From Marsupella aquatica (lineage: Eukaryota > Plantae > Marchantiophyta), in NCBI GenBank assembly GCA_973895155.1, contig OZ316898.1, forward strand, positions 2,331,927 to 2,395,926: a stretch of 64,000 nt of DNA, in the 5' to 3' direction. A model generated the notes under the pieces. That model made no database searches and was not told the DNA's origin. It saw nothing but the letters and a program-made list of their open reading frames with translations. Made by a program: the position numbers and the translations under genes. Positions 26,228-39,759 of this stretch are shown piece after piece. Each line of letters starts with the position of its first letter. Position 1 is the stretch's first letter.

Positions 26228-29200
26228 ATGGATCCTCTAATTTGGATTGTTGGAATTCTAGCGATCTGTATTCTAACACTGGTGCTCAGAGAGAAAGCAA
26301 CCGAGGTCTGCAATGCTGTCTTTTGGGGACTGTCAGTCTTCCATCGTCGTAACACACTCCTTACTTGGAATCCTGGTCTGTCTTCTAATTCTCGTAAGAC
26401 GTCTCTGTCTTCACGGTTTAAAGTGGATGTTCTTGAGGTAATAAATCTACTCTCACGGTCTTTCATTACGAAATAATTCAATTTTTGACTACTTCAACTC
26501 GCCAGTTGTGAATTGGGGGCGAATATCTTGTGAACTCTGTTTGGAATTCTGTTCAATCCAGATCAAACGGGAAAGATGATACAATGAAAAACAATTACAC
26601 TTACGGTTTGCTTGTGTCAGATGAATGACTCCTTGTACGAGCTCTACAAGCCTGACGGTGATCCCACCATGCAAGTACTATTCTTTCGCGGGCTGTCATT
26701 TGGGGAGTGCTCAGAAGCATACCTATCAACCTGGATAAGTGGGGACGGATCTTGTATTTGGCCGAAGGTCTGGTTGGCGAATGAGTTCCCTAATGCTCAC
26801 ATCCTGGCTGTCTCTTACAAGGACGGCCTCATAGAAGGCTCCGCTGAAAGCTTTGACATGCGCATCATTCGCGAAAACTTGACCAGTGATCTGATCCAGG
26901 CAAATGTTGGTCAGACGGCTAACTGCCCAGTGGTCTTGGTGGGCCACTCTTTTGGGGGTCTGGTCATCAAAGATCTGTGCCTTGAGGCTCACAACACACT
27001 CATTTCCCCCACAGACAATCCGAAGGTTCAGAAATTTCTTGATAACTTGAGAGGGGTATTTTACTACAGTACCCCTCATCACGGCAGTCCTCATATAGGA
27101 CGAGCAGCAAATGTCTTGAGCGGCCCCTTGTTCAAGTACTTCACAGTGTTAAGTACCCAGGCTGCCCGGTTGAATTACGATTTCAATCGTTTGTGCAAGT
27201 CTTACCCTAAGTGGCAAATAGGAGGATTGGGGGAACAGGTCGCTGTAAACACGGTAAGATGAAGCTGTTGTCTTTTCTGATTAGTGCTTCATTATATTGC
27301 TTCAACTCAAGTGACATAGCAACTCTTGTCATGGATTTTGCCGGTCGTTTCCACATTGAGCTCTGGTTGGTAGATGAGCTTGCAGTCTGAAGTTTCCGAC
27401 TCGATTGGCTCGTTCAGTAGGCCTTGTTCTGATGAGCTTTAACCATTTTGATGAATCCTAAGGACACCTGTGGTTTACATACGTGTCGGTACCTTCCCCA
27501 ACTACTTAACTACCGAAGTGTGATTGAGTACAAGGATCACAATTCAGCGGCAAAGCGAAGTTCATGGTGTCATTTTCGTTGCATCAATTTGACTTCTTTG
27601 TTGTCGTTGGGCAGGGCATATTCCAAGGTATTGTCATAGTACCAGAAGCATCTGCCAGAGATGGGGACAATTTTAATCTTGACAGTAGCGCAGACCATTT
27701 CTCCGTGTGCAGACCAGAGAAGACAACCTCAAGAAGGTTCAATGCCCTCACAAGGTTCCTTCGCAACATTTGCGATGACTTGGCTGGCTACGTACTGTAC
27801 AACTTTCAGCTTAAGAAGCTACTTACGTTTCATTTGATGCAACATCTGCGGCATCTCTTTGTTTTGCAGTGACAAGCTCTATCATGTCTCCTTATTGGAA
27901 AGCTCGAAATATTCATGTCTCAGAAGAATGAAGAATTGCAATTTTGCTAACGAGCTCTATGTTGCAAATATAGGATGTAAAAGCCATGGCTCAGAAGCAA
28001 GCTGTTCAACAAAATTTCAAACATCTTCCAAAGCACATGGTCAATATGGATGGACTGCTAGAGGAGGCTAAGAGCCGGCTTAAGAAATTTACAACGCTGG
28101 GCTTTGTGGGGATGGGGGGGATCGGCAAGACCACTCTTGCAATGGCGGTCTTTAATGAACTGAGTCTGGCATTTGAGTACAGTTGTTTTGTGCCTGATGT
28201 GAAGTTGATAACTGGAAATGTTGAGGCGGTGAAAGAGGTACTGTGGAAACATATGCATCGCTTCGGAAGGAAGGTTGGAGACACAGAGGACTTGTCTGAT
28301 TTGATTGGGAATGAACTACTCCTTGTTTTAGATGATATATCAGATGATCGTGATATTAAACTTTTGTCACTTCTGGTTGACGATTTCTCTCCACAAAGTC
28401 GTTTCATTGTTACTTCTCGTGATCGGACCCTTCTGAGGAGCTTGGACGATGTTTACGAGGTCCCGTTCCTGGACCAGCAAAATGCCCAGAAGCTATTTCT
28501 AAGCCATGCTTGCCCAAGCGAGGCAAATTTTCCAGCAAACTTGCAACCTGATATGGTGGCCGTTGTGGACAAGTGTGACGGGCTGCCTCTAACGCTAGAA
28601 GTTCTTGGAAGTTATCTACAGCTGGAAACGGATGGCAAGTTTTGGAAGCAAACTTTGCAAGCTTTAGAGAAGGCCGAGGCTATCCCAGACCTTAATTTGA
28701 GGTTGTGGGCAAAGCTGAGAATCAGCTACGACGGACTTGACGAGGTAGAGAAGAAAATATTCCTAGATGCAACAACTTTCTTTAGCGAAAGTTTGTATGG
28801 GTATTCTTTGCGCGATGCAAAAGCGGCTTGGAGGATAGCTTACAGCACTGAGTATGCGACCCTACATTGGCAAATCTTGGTTGGCAGGTCTCTTGTTTAT
28901 GGTGTGGAAGATGATGAGTGTATCAGGGTGCATGACCAACTTCTAAGTCTGGGGCGAAAGATAGCCTTAGCCCCGAAGTCTAGTCCCGAGTCTAGTGAAA
29001 ATGGCGAGTGTAGGCTACGGGTTGGAAATTGGCTTGCTAGCAACTGATGGAAGACGCGGAAAATCAGGTGAGCTCGTCAGTGATCAAGCAAATTTCCTGG
29101 TTGAGTCGCGTAATTTAAACTTTGAATGTTCAAAGCTTATGACATTGCAGACAGGTGTATGTCAAATAAGTGAAAGAAATGATCAGGAATAACAACTGGT

Positions 29201-32200
29201 TAATTGGGTTTAAACTAGTAGTCTATCTGTGAATTGTGAGTAGTCTATGTCCTCAAGTAGTGATGACTTTATGACTATTCAACTAAATCGTGAGCTGGCG
29301 ATGATTTGATATTCATGCCTTGCGGTTGTCCGTCGAGTGCGCTGGTCACGATCGTGGGACAATTCACATTTCAGGCCATGCTCTTCCCAAACTGAAGGAA
29401 TTGTAGTACCTTGAAGTGGATGGCCCGCTTATCATTGATGGACTTGAGGAAGATATGTCATTCCCGAGTAAACTCGTGCTGCTCAAATGCATTGGACGTC
29501 TTGATACTTTTGACCTTGCCCTTCAAGACCCTCTAGTGCTTTTGCATGTATCGGGTGTGGTGGCCCTTCCCAGCTCTATTGGGCAACTATCAGCTCTTAG
29601 AATCTTTATCGGTAACGGCATACAAGCTGTACCGGATGAATTCTGCAATTTGGCACAGCTGGAATATCTTGAGTTCATGCAGTGTGCATTTCTCCAGAGC
29701 TTGCCTGGTACATTTGGCAACCTATCACAGTTGGAGTCCCTAAAATTCCTTTTCTGCAAGAGTCTCCAGTTGCCCCAGACATTTGGCGGTCTTGCCAACT
29801 TGAAGGATCTTGAATTCACAGGTTGTTCGGGGTCACCTTTTCTTCCTCAATCCTTCGGTGATCTATCTGCCTTTAAATCATCTTGTGCTCAGATGGTGTT
29901 CCGATATGGTTGTCCTGCCCAGTTGCTTCGGTAATTTATCCGCATTAGATCATCTTGTGTTCAGTCGTTGTGACCAATTAGTCGCGCTACCTACTTGGCT
30001 GCCTTGACGCATCTGAAAATCAGTAATTGCCTCGAACTGCATTCCTTGCCTGACTCTTTCGGAAACATGTCTGCCTTGGAGGATCTAAAAATCGGGTATT
30101 GTAAAGAATTGCTTGCCTTGTCTTACTCCTTTGCAGATTTGTCTGCATTAAAACGTCTCAAATTGAGTCACTGAGTTTGAAGCCCTCCCGAATTCCTTCG
30201 GGAATCTCTCCACGTTGAGGCATCTGACGTTGAAATATTGTGGAAATTTAATCTCCATGATTACCTTTGCCAACCTAACCGAATTACAATACTTGGAAAT
30301 CCGTGGAAACCGCAGTCTTATTGAGATGCCCGAGTCTCTTGTAGAACTGACGGCTCTTAATCATCTCGTCCTTGACGGTGTTAGTATAAGGAGCATGCCT
30401 GACTTCATCAGGAGTATGCAGTCTTTGCACACTTTGGAGCTCAAAGGGCTCCCGTACATCAAGGACTTGCCTGCTTGGTTGGGGGATAATGGTGTGATCC
30501 GTCTAGCTCTATCATGCAAGAAGTTTCAGGTACAGGACGGGCGTTTTTCTTTGACAAGTGGGAAGGGCGAAATTTTAACTGCAGAGAATTTGATAGAGGA
30601 GATCCATAAATTTGCGATGGAGAAGGTCGAGGAATTAGGCTGTGAAGGAGCTCTGGCATATCTGTGTCCCGCGAACTTCGGAGTGGTGGAAGCCAAGTTT
30701 GCGAGATTCTTGTTGCAAGAGAGGGGCATAGCAAGACGTTTGACGGGAGATCTCCAAGGAGCCGTGAAAGACCTTACTGCCGCATTGGAAGTATTCTGTG
30801 ATGACGATGATGGGCATTGGAAGTATTCTGTGACTGTTGGAAGCACGGAGGCTATGTAAACTTTTTGTTGGGGACGGTGCAATGGACGGTGCAATGGCTT
30901 CAAAGCACTTGCCTGAGTACAGATGCTATAGATTTGGAAGCTCACCAAGTCTAGGTGAAAGATCAGTAGCATATATGGATTTTAAACTTATTAGAAGGAG
31001 AAGATACGTCGACGAGCTTTGGGAACTAATGGACGTATCGCATTCTCAATTGATGGACAAGGTGCGGGTATCAGACTTCCACGGAGCCCTCGCATGTTGG
31101 AATGTCACGGATGCAAGTGCATACGAGCCAGATCTAAGGATTTTTTTCTTGCAAGAACGTGGGATTTTGAAGCGATTGGATGGAGATCTACGGGGAGCTC
31201 TGGAAGATCTTAGTGCTGCATTGGGAATCTATGGTGAGGCAGATCGTCTACGGCCTTCAGAGACGCAAGATATGAAGTACTGCGCATATAACTGCCTGAG
31301 TACAGGGGCTTCGTGAAATTTCTGTTGGGAGATTTGGATGGTGCAAACCAAGATGGTGCGATGGCCTGGAAGCTCATAAGCTGTGAGTGTTGTTTGCCAA
31401 GTGGAAGGCTGATCTCACCAAATCTAGGGGAAGAATTAATAACCTACTGTATATGCATTTCAACCTGCATCCAACAATACATATTAAGAAGCAGATGAAA
31501 TTAACAAATTTATTTCATAATGATGTGATGGAGAAGGTACGGAACTCAGATTGACAATTTGGGAAGATCTCGATTCCAGGAAAGTGGGCTGTTTTGATCG
31601 GATTTTTTTCCTGCAAGAAAGAGGCGTCTTAAAGCGATTAGCGGGGGATCTCCGGGGAGCTTTGGATGACCTGACTTTCGCAGCCGAAATCCTGGCCGGT
31701 GACGTACATGACCCCTGTTGTGAGTCCGACCGTTGTTGGGAAGAGTACATGTATAATTGTAGGAAGCACCTGGGCTACGTGAATTTCTTGTTGGGGGCTC
31801 TGGGTGGCGCCCAAGATGATGGTGCAAACGCCTTAAAGCTTGTGTGGGACAACTTCAACTGCACTTACTTCTACTACAAACTCAATTACTCTAAAGATAA
31901 GACGTTACCAAGTTTAGGTGACGAATCAGTCACATATTTGAATTTCGCGCTGATTCGAAAGGGAGACCTCTACGCGCAACGAGAGCTAATAATGTCAAGA
32001 CACTCTGAAGTGTTGTGGTGGTGGCGATGTCAGACTTCCCGGGAGCCTTGGCAATCTGGTGTGATTTTGCTGATAGGGTATCACCCTATTATGATCAAGT
32101 TTTCTTCTTGCAAGAGAGGGGGATACTGAGGCGACCTGCCGGGGGCGTTGGAAGACCTGACAGCAGCCTTGGAAATATGGAACTTGGGAATAGAGACGGC

Positions 32201-32824
32201 TCATTATGAGCTTTTCAAACATCGGGGCTATGTGAAGTACTTAATGGGGATGAAAGCGGAGCACGAAGTGATGCAGAAGGATGCGTGGCCATGGAGCCTG
32301 TAGTGGATGGGCGTGAACGTTTGGGAGGATTGCCCGTGGCATTTCTGGAATTCAGACTGAAGGGAAGGAAAACATGTGAGGCAAAATTCTGGGTGTTAGC
32401 ACATGAGGAAGTCAGGGAGAAGGTAAAGAAGACTGATTTCCTGGGAGCCCTGGCAGTCTGGGACGATTTCGACGCCAAAGTGTTTGGCTATTTTCGTCGG
32501 GATTTCTTCTTGTCCGAAAGAGGGATTTTGAGGCGACGGTCGGGCGATCTTTCGGGGGCGTTGGAAGCATCCTTGGAAATTGGCAGGGGGAACTATGATT
32601 GCTTCAAGCACTTGGAAATTGGCAGGGGGAACTATGATTGCTTCAAGCACCGGGCGTACGTGAAGTTCTTACTGGGGGACATAGACGGGGCGCGAGAAGA
32701 TGCCGAAAGATGTTCGGCTACGGGCTTCTTCAGACAGTATACCCGTTTCCACGACATTATTACTACTAGGGGATTCAGGTCTTTGGGAGATGTTGGTTTA
32801 GCATTTCTGGGGTTCGACCTTTAA
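26228..32824 (+). pseudogene. TM-alpha/beta-hydrolase-NB-ARC-LRR-TPR-like NLR (HNL type); N-terminal half intact, LRR/TPR half disrupted
   Basis: Exon 26228-26437 has a hydrophobic N-terminus. Hydrolase 26621-27252 has GHSFGG, and the next exon has DHFSVCRP. The NB-ARC has GMGGIGKT, LLVLDD, SRFIVTSRD, GLPL and VHD. LRRs span 29.4-30.5 kb, followed by five FL[QS]ERGxxxRxxGDLxGA-type repeats. Stops at 29045-29047 and 29404-29406 plus several frameshifts. Confidence 0.85.
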
Positions 32825-33089
32825 ATGGCGCTTTCGCTTCTTCTCCCCATGAATTTTGAGCATGTTTGCCTCGAAAAGAATTTTGAGTATGTTGATCAGC
32901 TGGTTCTCCGTCAATTGTTTTTGGTTTCCAATTTGGTTACTCCGCATGAATTTTGAGTAAGTTGATCAGCTGGATCTGCGACAATTGTTTTTGGTTTCCA
33001 ATTTGGTTATGGGCTGTACTAGCCTGAGTGCCCATTGAATAGAGGTGAGGAGGACGTTCATGTTGGCTCTACCATTGTCAGAGATTCAC

Positions 33090-33209
33090 GGTGCCCACAA
33101 CCTCCGTTGTTCAAATGCACTCCCAACTCCAGTTACTCGGTGCCTTCAACCTCATCCTCCGTTTTCCAAATGCACTCCCAACTTTAGTTACTCGGTGCCC
33201 GCAACCTCA
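33090..33209. repeat. 49-55-bp minisatellite (2.3 units) abutting the retrotransposon 3' end
   Basis: Units start at 33090, 33139 and 33194 (ggtgcc..caacctc..caaatgcactcccaact..agttactc). The third is truncated at the junction. Confidence 0.8.
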
Positions 33210-34954
33210 GTTTTATATATATCAAACTGCCAAAGAGCAGGAGGCGCAGAACCGGGAGACAGGATCCCACAGGCCAAAAAATCCAATCAAGGAGAAACAA
33301 GAAAAAAGGCCAAAAGGTCAAAGAGCAAAAACAAAAAAGACCAGGCACAAGCCCAGCCCAAGGAGAACAAAGGACACATAAACCTAAAGGCTACCCAACG
33401 GCACAGTGAAGGGCCTGATAAAGCTCCGTCGTGAACTGCATAGGGGGGTCAAGCAATGGAATCCGACTAGATGCCCGGACTCCAACCGCCTCGCCTCTAC
33501 GAAGGATAGTGAAGGCCTGTGCACGCTGAAGTGCAATGGACACCCTCTGTCTAAAAAAGGATGTGATAACAGAGACTGGTGGATAAGGCCGCCGCTCGAC
33601 ATAATGAACCACACAGGAGCGCAAGAACTGGTCAAAAGTCGGGTGCAGCGCTCCAAAGACCTCCACGGCAAACGGGTAGAAAAGGTCCCCTGGGTAACGC
33701 GTAGCATAAGCCTTCTCCTTGAGGCGAGCAGCCCTCGTGGCAGCATGACCTGGGATGTGGGCAGCGGACGCCAAATTGGCTCCACTAGTGGGGTCAGCAA
33801 CAACCACATCCCCAAGGGCACGAACACCAGCACGAGAGAAAACCAAATCGGCCCGACGCCTGTCCGGTACTCCATCCCGGGGTGGTAACACATGTCGTTG
33901 CTCCATCATAACATGATACCCGGAATCACGAGCGATGGCGGCAACCACATCCCGGATGTCATCGTGTGTCGCCGTCCGCTCACTACCATGACCACATCGT
34001 AGGATATGGATTCCCCCCCTATCCAAGGGCGCTCCACAAACACATGTGGGTTGCCCAAGGAGGCATGGGTGGGGAAGACCAAGACGGAGGCGCATGGAAG
34101 TGGTGAAGACAAAAGAACTCATACGAAAGGGGGCCCACAATGGGCTCGCAGATAACCAAGCCCCCGAACCAACGCCCGAACCGGATAAAAGACGCGCTCG
34201 AACCAAGTCAGAGGGTGCGTCGGAAAGCATGCTAGAAAGGGTGAATCGGTGCATGCGATCAGAGATCACCTGTTGAACTCGGTCGGGACTGTCCAAAATA
34301 ACTCCCTCAAAAGCAGGGACCACGCTCTGCACATCCTCCGGTAATAAGGACCGGGCATGACGAAGCTGGCTCGGGGGCCTCAGTATATAGAGACCCCCAT
34401 ATCACGCTCGACGTTTTGGACCCTTGCACCCCTAACTTATTAAGTAAAATTTTTATTTCCCCTTCCCTATCATACTTAGAAGAATTCCAAATCCTAACAT
34501 TTTGACCCCTAAAAATAGTTAAGTAAAGTTTTGTTGTGAATTAAACACCCCTTAGTAAGAAAAGAAAAGTTCATTCAAATGCACACCTTATCTGGGTCTT
34601 TGTCAAGCTTATTTGAACCCTAATGTGCTCCTTAGGCATCCATATCTCATGGAAAACTGATAGTATATAGTGTTGATGCTTCCACTAAGAATACCAATTC
34701 TAGTAGAAGCTTCAGCAATATACAGTATAAGTTATTCATATTGCAATCTGCTGTGCTTGTCTGATGTGAAAGGTAGGTATACCAAAAAGGAATTGAGTCA
34801 AGAATCTGAATGGTGAGTGTCCGTGGCAGAGGGGAATTGAACCCCTGATTGAGCAAGAAGCTCAAGTATCCAAATCTGCCACCCCCTAGCCTATTCCCCT
34901 AACCTATCCCCTATACATACTAAAACCACTACCATGACTATTGATGCATGAAAA

Positions 34955-37900
34955 TCATTCAACTCTAGACATGGTCTCCAAATAAGTATCCAAAGCTTGT
35001 TTATCAACTCGATCTATCACATACACTAAACCAATCCCTTGTTTCATGGTTAAAGTAACATTAGTCATCACCATTTCTATATCAATCCATTGTAAATCAG
35101 TTGTATCATAAGTGAATTCAACTTTGCTTGAGCTTGTTGGCTTATACCAATTGAACAAGAACTGACAAATACTCCCTACGTGTCCATGAGGAGGTGTTGG
35201 TCTATCAAGCAAATCAATAGCAGATCTCACTCTAGTCCATTGTCCTTTAACTTTTTGTCTCATCATCATAATCCGACCAAGCCAAAATTCTTTCTTTGCT
35301 TGCACTACTGGCTCTTGAATCCTAGATTTACCTCTTCCCTTACCTTTCCCCTTTTTTGATCTTGTAGAAGGGCTTGCATCATTAGCACTTTCAAATGCTA
35401 CTCCACAATCACTCCCAACATCAACAAAACAAGTCACAGTATTCGGATCACATTGTTTCCTCTTACCAAGATTATAGTATGCCACTTGCTTCACCCTTGT
35501 CAGCCTATCTTTAGACAAATGAGGGTTGCCCACTAGTTGACTCACCAAAGTTGATTTGTAAATTGTTCTGCCCTCATATGTAACTGTAGGCAAAACCTTC
35601 TTCTTTTCCTGTAGAGGGCTCTGAAAAGACTGTGTAAACTCAGCTACAACAGAAGACAGCACATGACGAACCTCATGCCCCAAAGTATCTACCTCCACAG
35701 AATGAGGTTCTGGTATGTCTAACTCAACCCCATCCTGCAAAACATCATCAGGAATGGTTAGCTCATCTGTCAACCATGCATCAATTCGATTTAGATCTTC
35801 CTCAGGGTCTTCAAATTCATGAAAATCTCCTTCTGGACGAGGTCCAATTGGAGATCTGTGCTCTACATGCTCTTCAGAATCGTCAACAATAACTGCCTCT
35901 GCTATTATAGCTGAATCTGGCCATGTCTGAACTTCCACATCCCAAGGGTGAGTCCACCATCGCTTTCTTGCTGCTGGCAGATCACTTCTGGGAGACATTT
36001 GTAACCTTCTAAGAAACTCTCTTGCTTCTTCAAAACCTTCTTTCAAGGCTGCAACCACCAACTCATTAGTTTGCACTTTAGAGTAATCAAAAAGATTAGG
36101 TGCATCTTCACCTTCAAGTAAAGGATAAAGCTTGGCCCATACATGATCTTGCTTTTTATGTGATCGAGCTACTTTCAAGCCCTCTGGTCCACATTCTAAT
36201 CTAGCAAGATGATTTAACCCAACAGCACTGTCCAACAAGGAGCCAAAATCATAATTCCTCTCATGGCCACTCATTCCACCTACTTTGCTGAAAAATATCT
36301 CACAACAATCAGAACCTAACTCATGAAATGGAATACACAAGTGAGAAAACTTATCACGAAATGCACATATAAGCAATACAATAAATTGACATGACATGTT
36401 AACATCATGAAAAGCCTGGATTGAAATCATATTTCTCTCTGTATGTGAAGCAACATTTCCACCTACAGCATGATCACCATACCTCAACCACAACCTCCAC
36501 AATCGAAAGAACCAAGAAACTTTGCCTGCCAGCTTCACTCTAGTCCTCAGGTCATGTCTCTGGGAGTAGAAAATATCAATATAGTCTGCACAAATCTGTA
36601 GATACAACTCTGTCCCCAAACTTCGTTCATGCAACAGATCAATTCTTCCATGCAGATCTGCTAAACAGTCACGCACCTTTTCTGATGCTATCCTTTGGGG
36701 ACCAGCCCAGTTTTGACGGTTGGATCTGTTCACATCATCCCAATTTAATCCATGTTGATAAATTGGATAGTTATTGTACACATTACAAACATGAAATAGG
36801 GAAGCATGTTGGTCTCCAAGTGCCATTACTGAGGACACTCGATCTAGTGGGTTAATCAACTTTTTTCCATTGTGAGGCTGGTCTTGATCACCAAAACCAT
36901 ACAGGTCCCCATTAGGCAATATGGCAACTGAGTAAGGCCATCCTTCCCACCCTACAGAAAACCTAGGGTAAGACCCATTAGCTCCTCTGTAATCTTCTAA
37001 CATCAATTTCCTGCGCCTTGCATCACCATCACTAGCATGCCCAAGCAAAGGACCTACAGAGTCTCTGCAATGCAGATCCCAAGATTCTTTCAATTGCTTC
37101 CAGTGCTCTCTAACCCATTCTGCCTTGAACTTGTTACATGTTGATATAGCACAGAGGGCCAACTTTGGCATTCCAACATGCAATGGATTCACAATGACAA
37201 CTCTAGCATACATTCCCTTGTTAAAATCCTCAAATGTATTTACAATCTTGTTATAGCCATCCTCACCATCACCTACAAGAATTTCTAATCCAAATTCACA
37301 GGTAGGCCCATCCTTATGGCCACAAAAACCAATCAGAGTGTCATATTTGGCCTCCCACCTGCAGAGAGCCAATTTCAAATGAAAACCAAGTCAATTTCAA
37401 AGAATTGGTAAAACTATGCATCACAAATAATCTTCACCTTCAATTGCATCATTATGTGCTATAATATGCAAACATACCTTGGGCTTTCCTTGATCCTAGT
37501 TTCATCCTCTGCAAGCATGACAGGTACATGTCCTTCAATTCCCAACATCTCCTTTGCAGCAGACAGAATTCGAGCCACCTCCTTGAATGTTTCTGGCCTA
37601 ATTCCAGCACGAAATTGAACAAATTTTGCTCTATCTCGTTTTAGTGTCTTCAGGCTTGGCCCAGCTAAGTTCCTTGCAAAAACATGGGCCACCTGCCGGC
37701 CCCCATATTGAAACATAGCCTGAGCTATGGCTTTTGTTTTCTGACTATAACGAAACCCCCTTGCACTTCTCTCCAAATTTCTACCTACATCTTTCAGAAA
37801 ATCCCACAGACCTTCTTTTCCACCAAATGCACCATTCCTATGACCATTGACTATACTCCTTAGGAAAAGTCTCAAATCTTTTCTGTCTGCAGCTACTCCT

Positions 37901-39534
37901 AATAGTTCTTGCAATTTTCTCTTCCTAGTACTAAGGGCACACACTTTCTGAGTTTGTAATGCCAACAACCATCTCTCTTTTCTTCTCTTGACATTGAGAC
38001 CATGCATCTGTGTGGTCAACTCTGGACGTGTCAAGTAGCGTGCATTCAAACCACCCTCTGTGCTTCTTTCCCCTCTCTTTGCTAAAGCCTCCGCTTCCCT
38101 GTGCACCCGTCCACGAAAGTCATCTTCTAGTGTTATAGCATGACATCTACTGCAAGTTAAGTTCAGAAACCCCCCACCATACAAGGACAGCCTACAACAC
38201 TGTTTATGCCTAAATAGTCCTTCTATATGTACAATAGAATTTGTATTAGGATTGTAGACATCAACAGAGACTGTGGCATTTACATCCCATACATGTCCTC
38301 CATGCTGATCCTGTAAGATACCCTTCACAGCATACTTCACATTCTTCCACTCTACATATTCATCCCATATTCCCCAACAGAGCAAACTTAGGCCCATATC
38401 AATGTCTACAGACCCACCTGTGCCAGAGCTGCTGCTTGCATTGGAAGCATCCTCCTTGAAGAATTTTAAAATTGAATTCTGTGAAGGATGTTGATCCCTC
38501 TCATCTGGCTTCCTTGGTCTGCCCCTCTTTCCAGATCTCAATGCAAGTTCAGCAGTATTCTCTCTGGCTTCAACTACATCCAGGTGACCCCGACTGACCA
38601 AGTGTGTCCTCAGGTTGTGATCCAAAGTCCCCTTTTTACAAACCAGATCCATGATTGCCCCACAAACCTTACACCTGACCTTATACAGGAACCACTTGTT
38701 TGCATTATTGGCTAAACCAGGCACAGGGGGCACATGAAATAGCTCATCATCACCTCCACACTCAGCATTCAAATTCTGTACTATCTCTAGGCCAGTTGCT
38801 ATGGCCCCCTCATAATCAAACTCAGGCTTTTGTGCAAGATCTGAGGGCTTCACTCCAATCATAGCAATTCCCCTTCTCCTACAGTAATTGTCTTTGTGTT
38901 TAGCAAAGGCAAGGTGCTTGGTCTTAAAATTGCTAAACAGATTAGCAATTGACTTCTTATCTTGGGAATTGTCTGCCCTCCCATAGATAACTCTGCACTC
39001 AAGACACTCTAAATGGCCTCTCACATCCTGTCCTTCATCCCATGTACGAATTCTCCAATTATGATTTTTATAACCATTCTTTTGAACCCACTTCTCTAGT
39101 CTTATAAATTCATCATTCCAAACTTTGACACCTGCCTTAGACATAAGAATAGACTCAAAAGAAGCTCTCACAGGGGGAGCTTCTTGCAGTTGTTCACCTT
39201 GGGAAGAGTCCACTACAACTGATTGGGTGACAGCAACAGAAACCGATGGGAACTCTGTCCCAACAGTCGGCAAGGATCCAATTTGTTCAATGACAGCAAC
39301 TTTCCCATCCAATTCAGACAGCTCAGTCATTTTCTCACTCTTGACCTTCATTCGACTAGGAAGCCTATAATCCCAGAAATCAAAATCAAAATCAACCAAA
39401 TCAGGAATTCGATTTCGAAAATCAGCTAAAGTTTGACCTTCTTTGAACACCAACACAGCTATTGGTTCTTCATCTTTCCCATCAGTCACCACATCCCTTT
39501 TTTTGTGCAATAGTTTTACAAACTGGGTAGCCAT
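34955..39534 (-). CDS. P-element-like DDE transposase, 2 exons (39534-37478, 37358-34955), ~1486 aa, intact
   Basis: GT-AG intron 37477-37359 joins in frame (KESPR|WEAKYD). Motifs are PSLKTLKR, LAEDETRI..LIGFCG, HASDGD, DQPHNGKKL (DxxH) and SDCCEIFFS. The N-terminus has two CxxC..H..H fingers and the AT-hook KRGRPRK. Confidence 0.8.
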
Positions 39535-39759
39535 TTCAATGAATTGGTTCAAGTAGGTTAAAGTATCAAGGGTTCTAAATACATTCACAGATACATAATG
39601 GACCTGCCATACACAATGAACCTGTCATACAACACAGTAAACAACACAATATGAAGCAAATTAGACATTGTTCAAAAAACCTTTTCAAAACCAGCTTTTA
39701 AGAAGACCCAAACAAAAACTTGCTGGTCATTGTTCACATGTGATTAGTCTAGTGAAACT

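Noticed and set aside
26228-32824. Bacterial Avs/STAND defence gene or contamination
   Set aside because: Spliceosomal introns, plant NB-ARC motifs and flanking plant genes.
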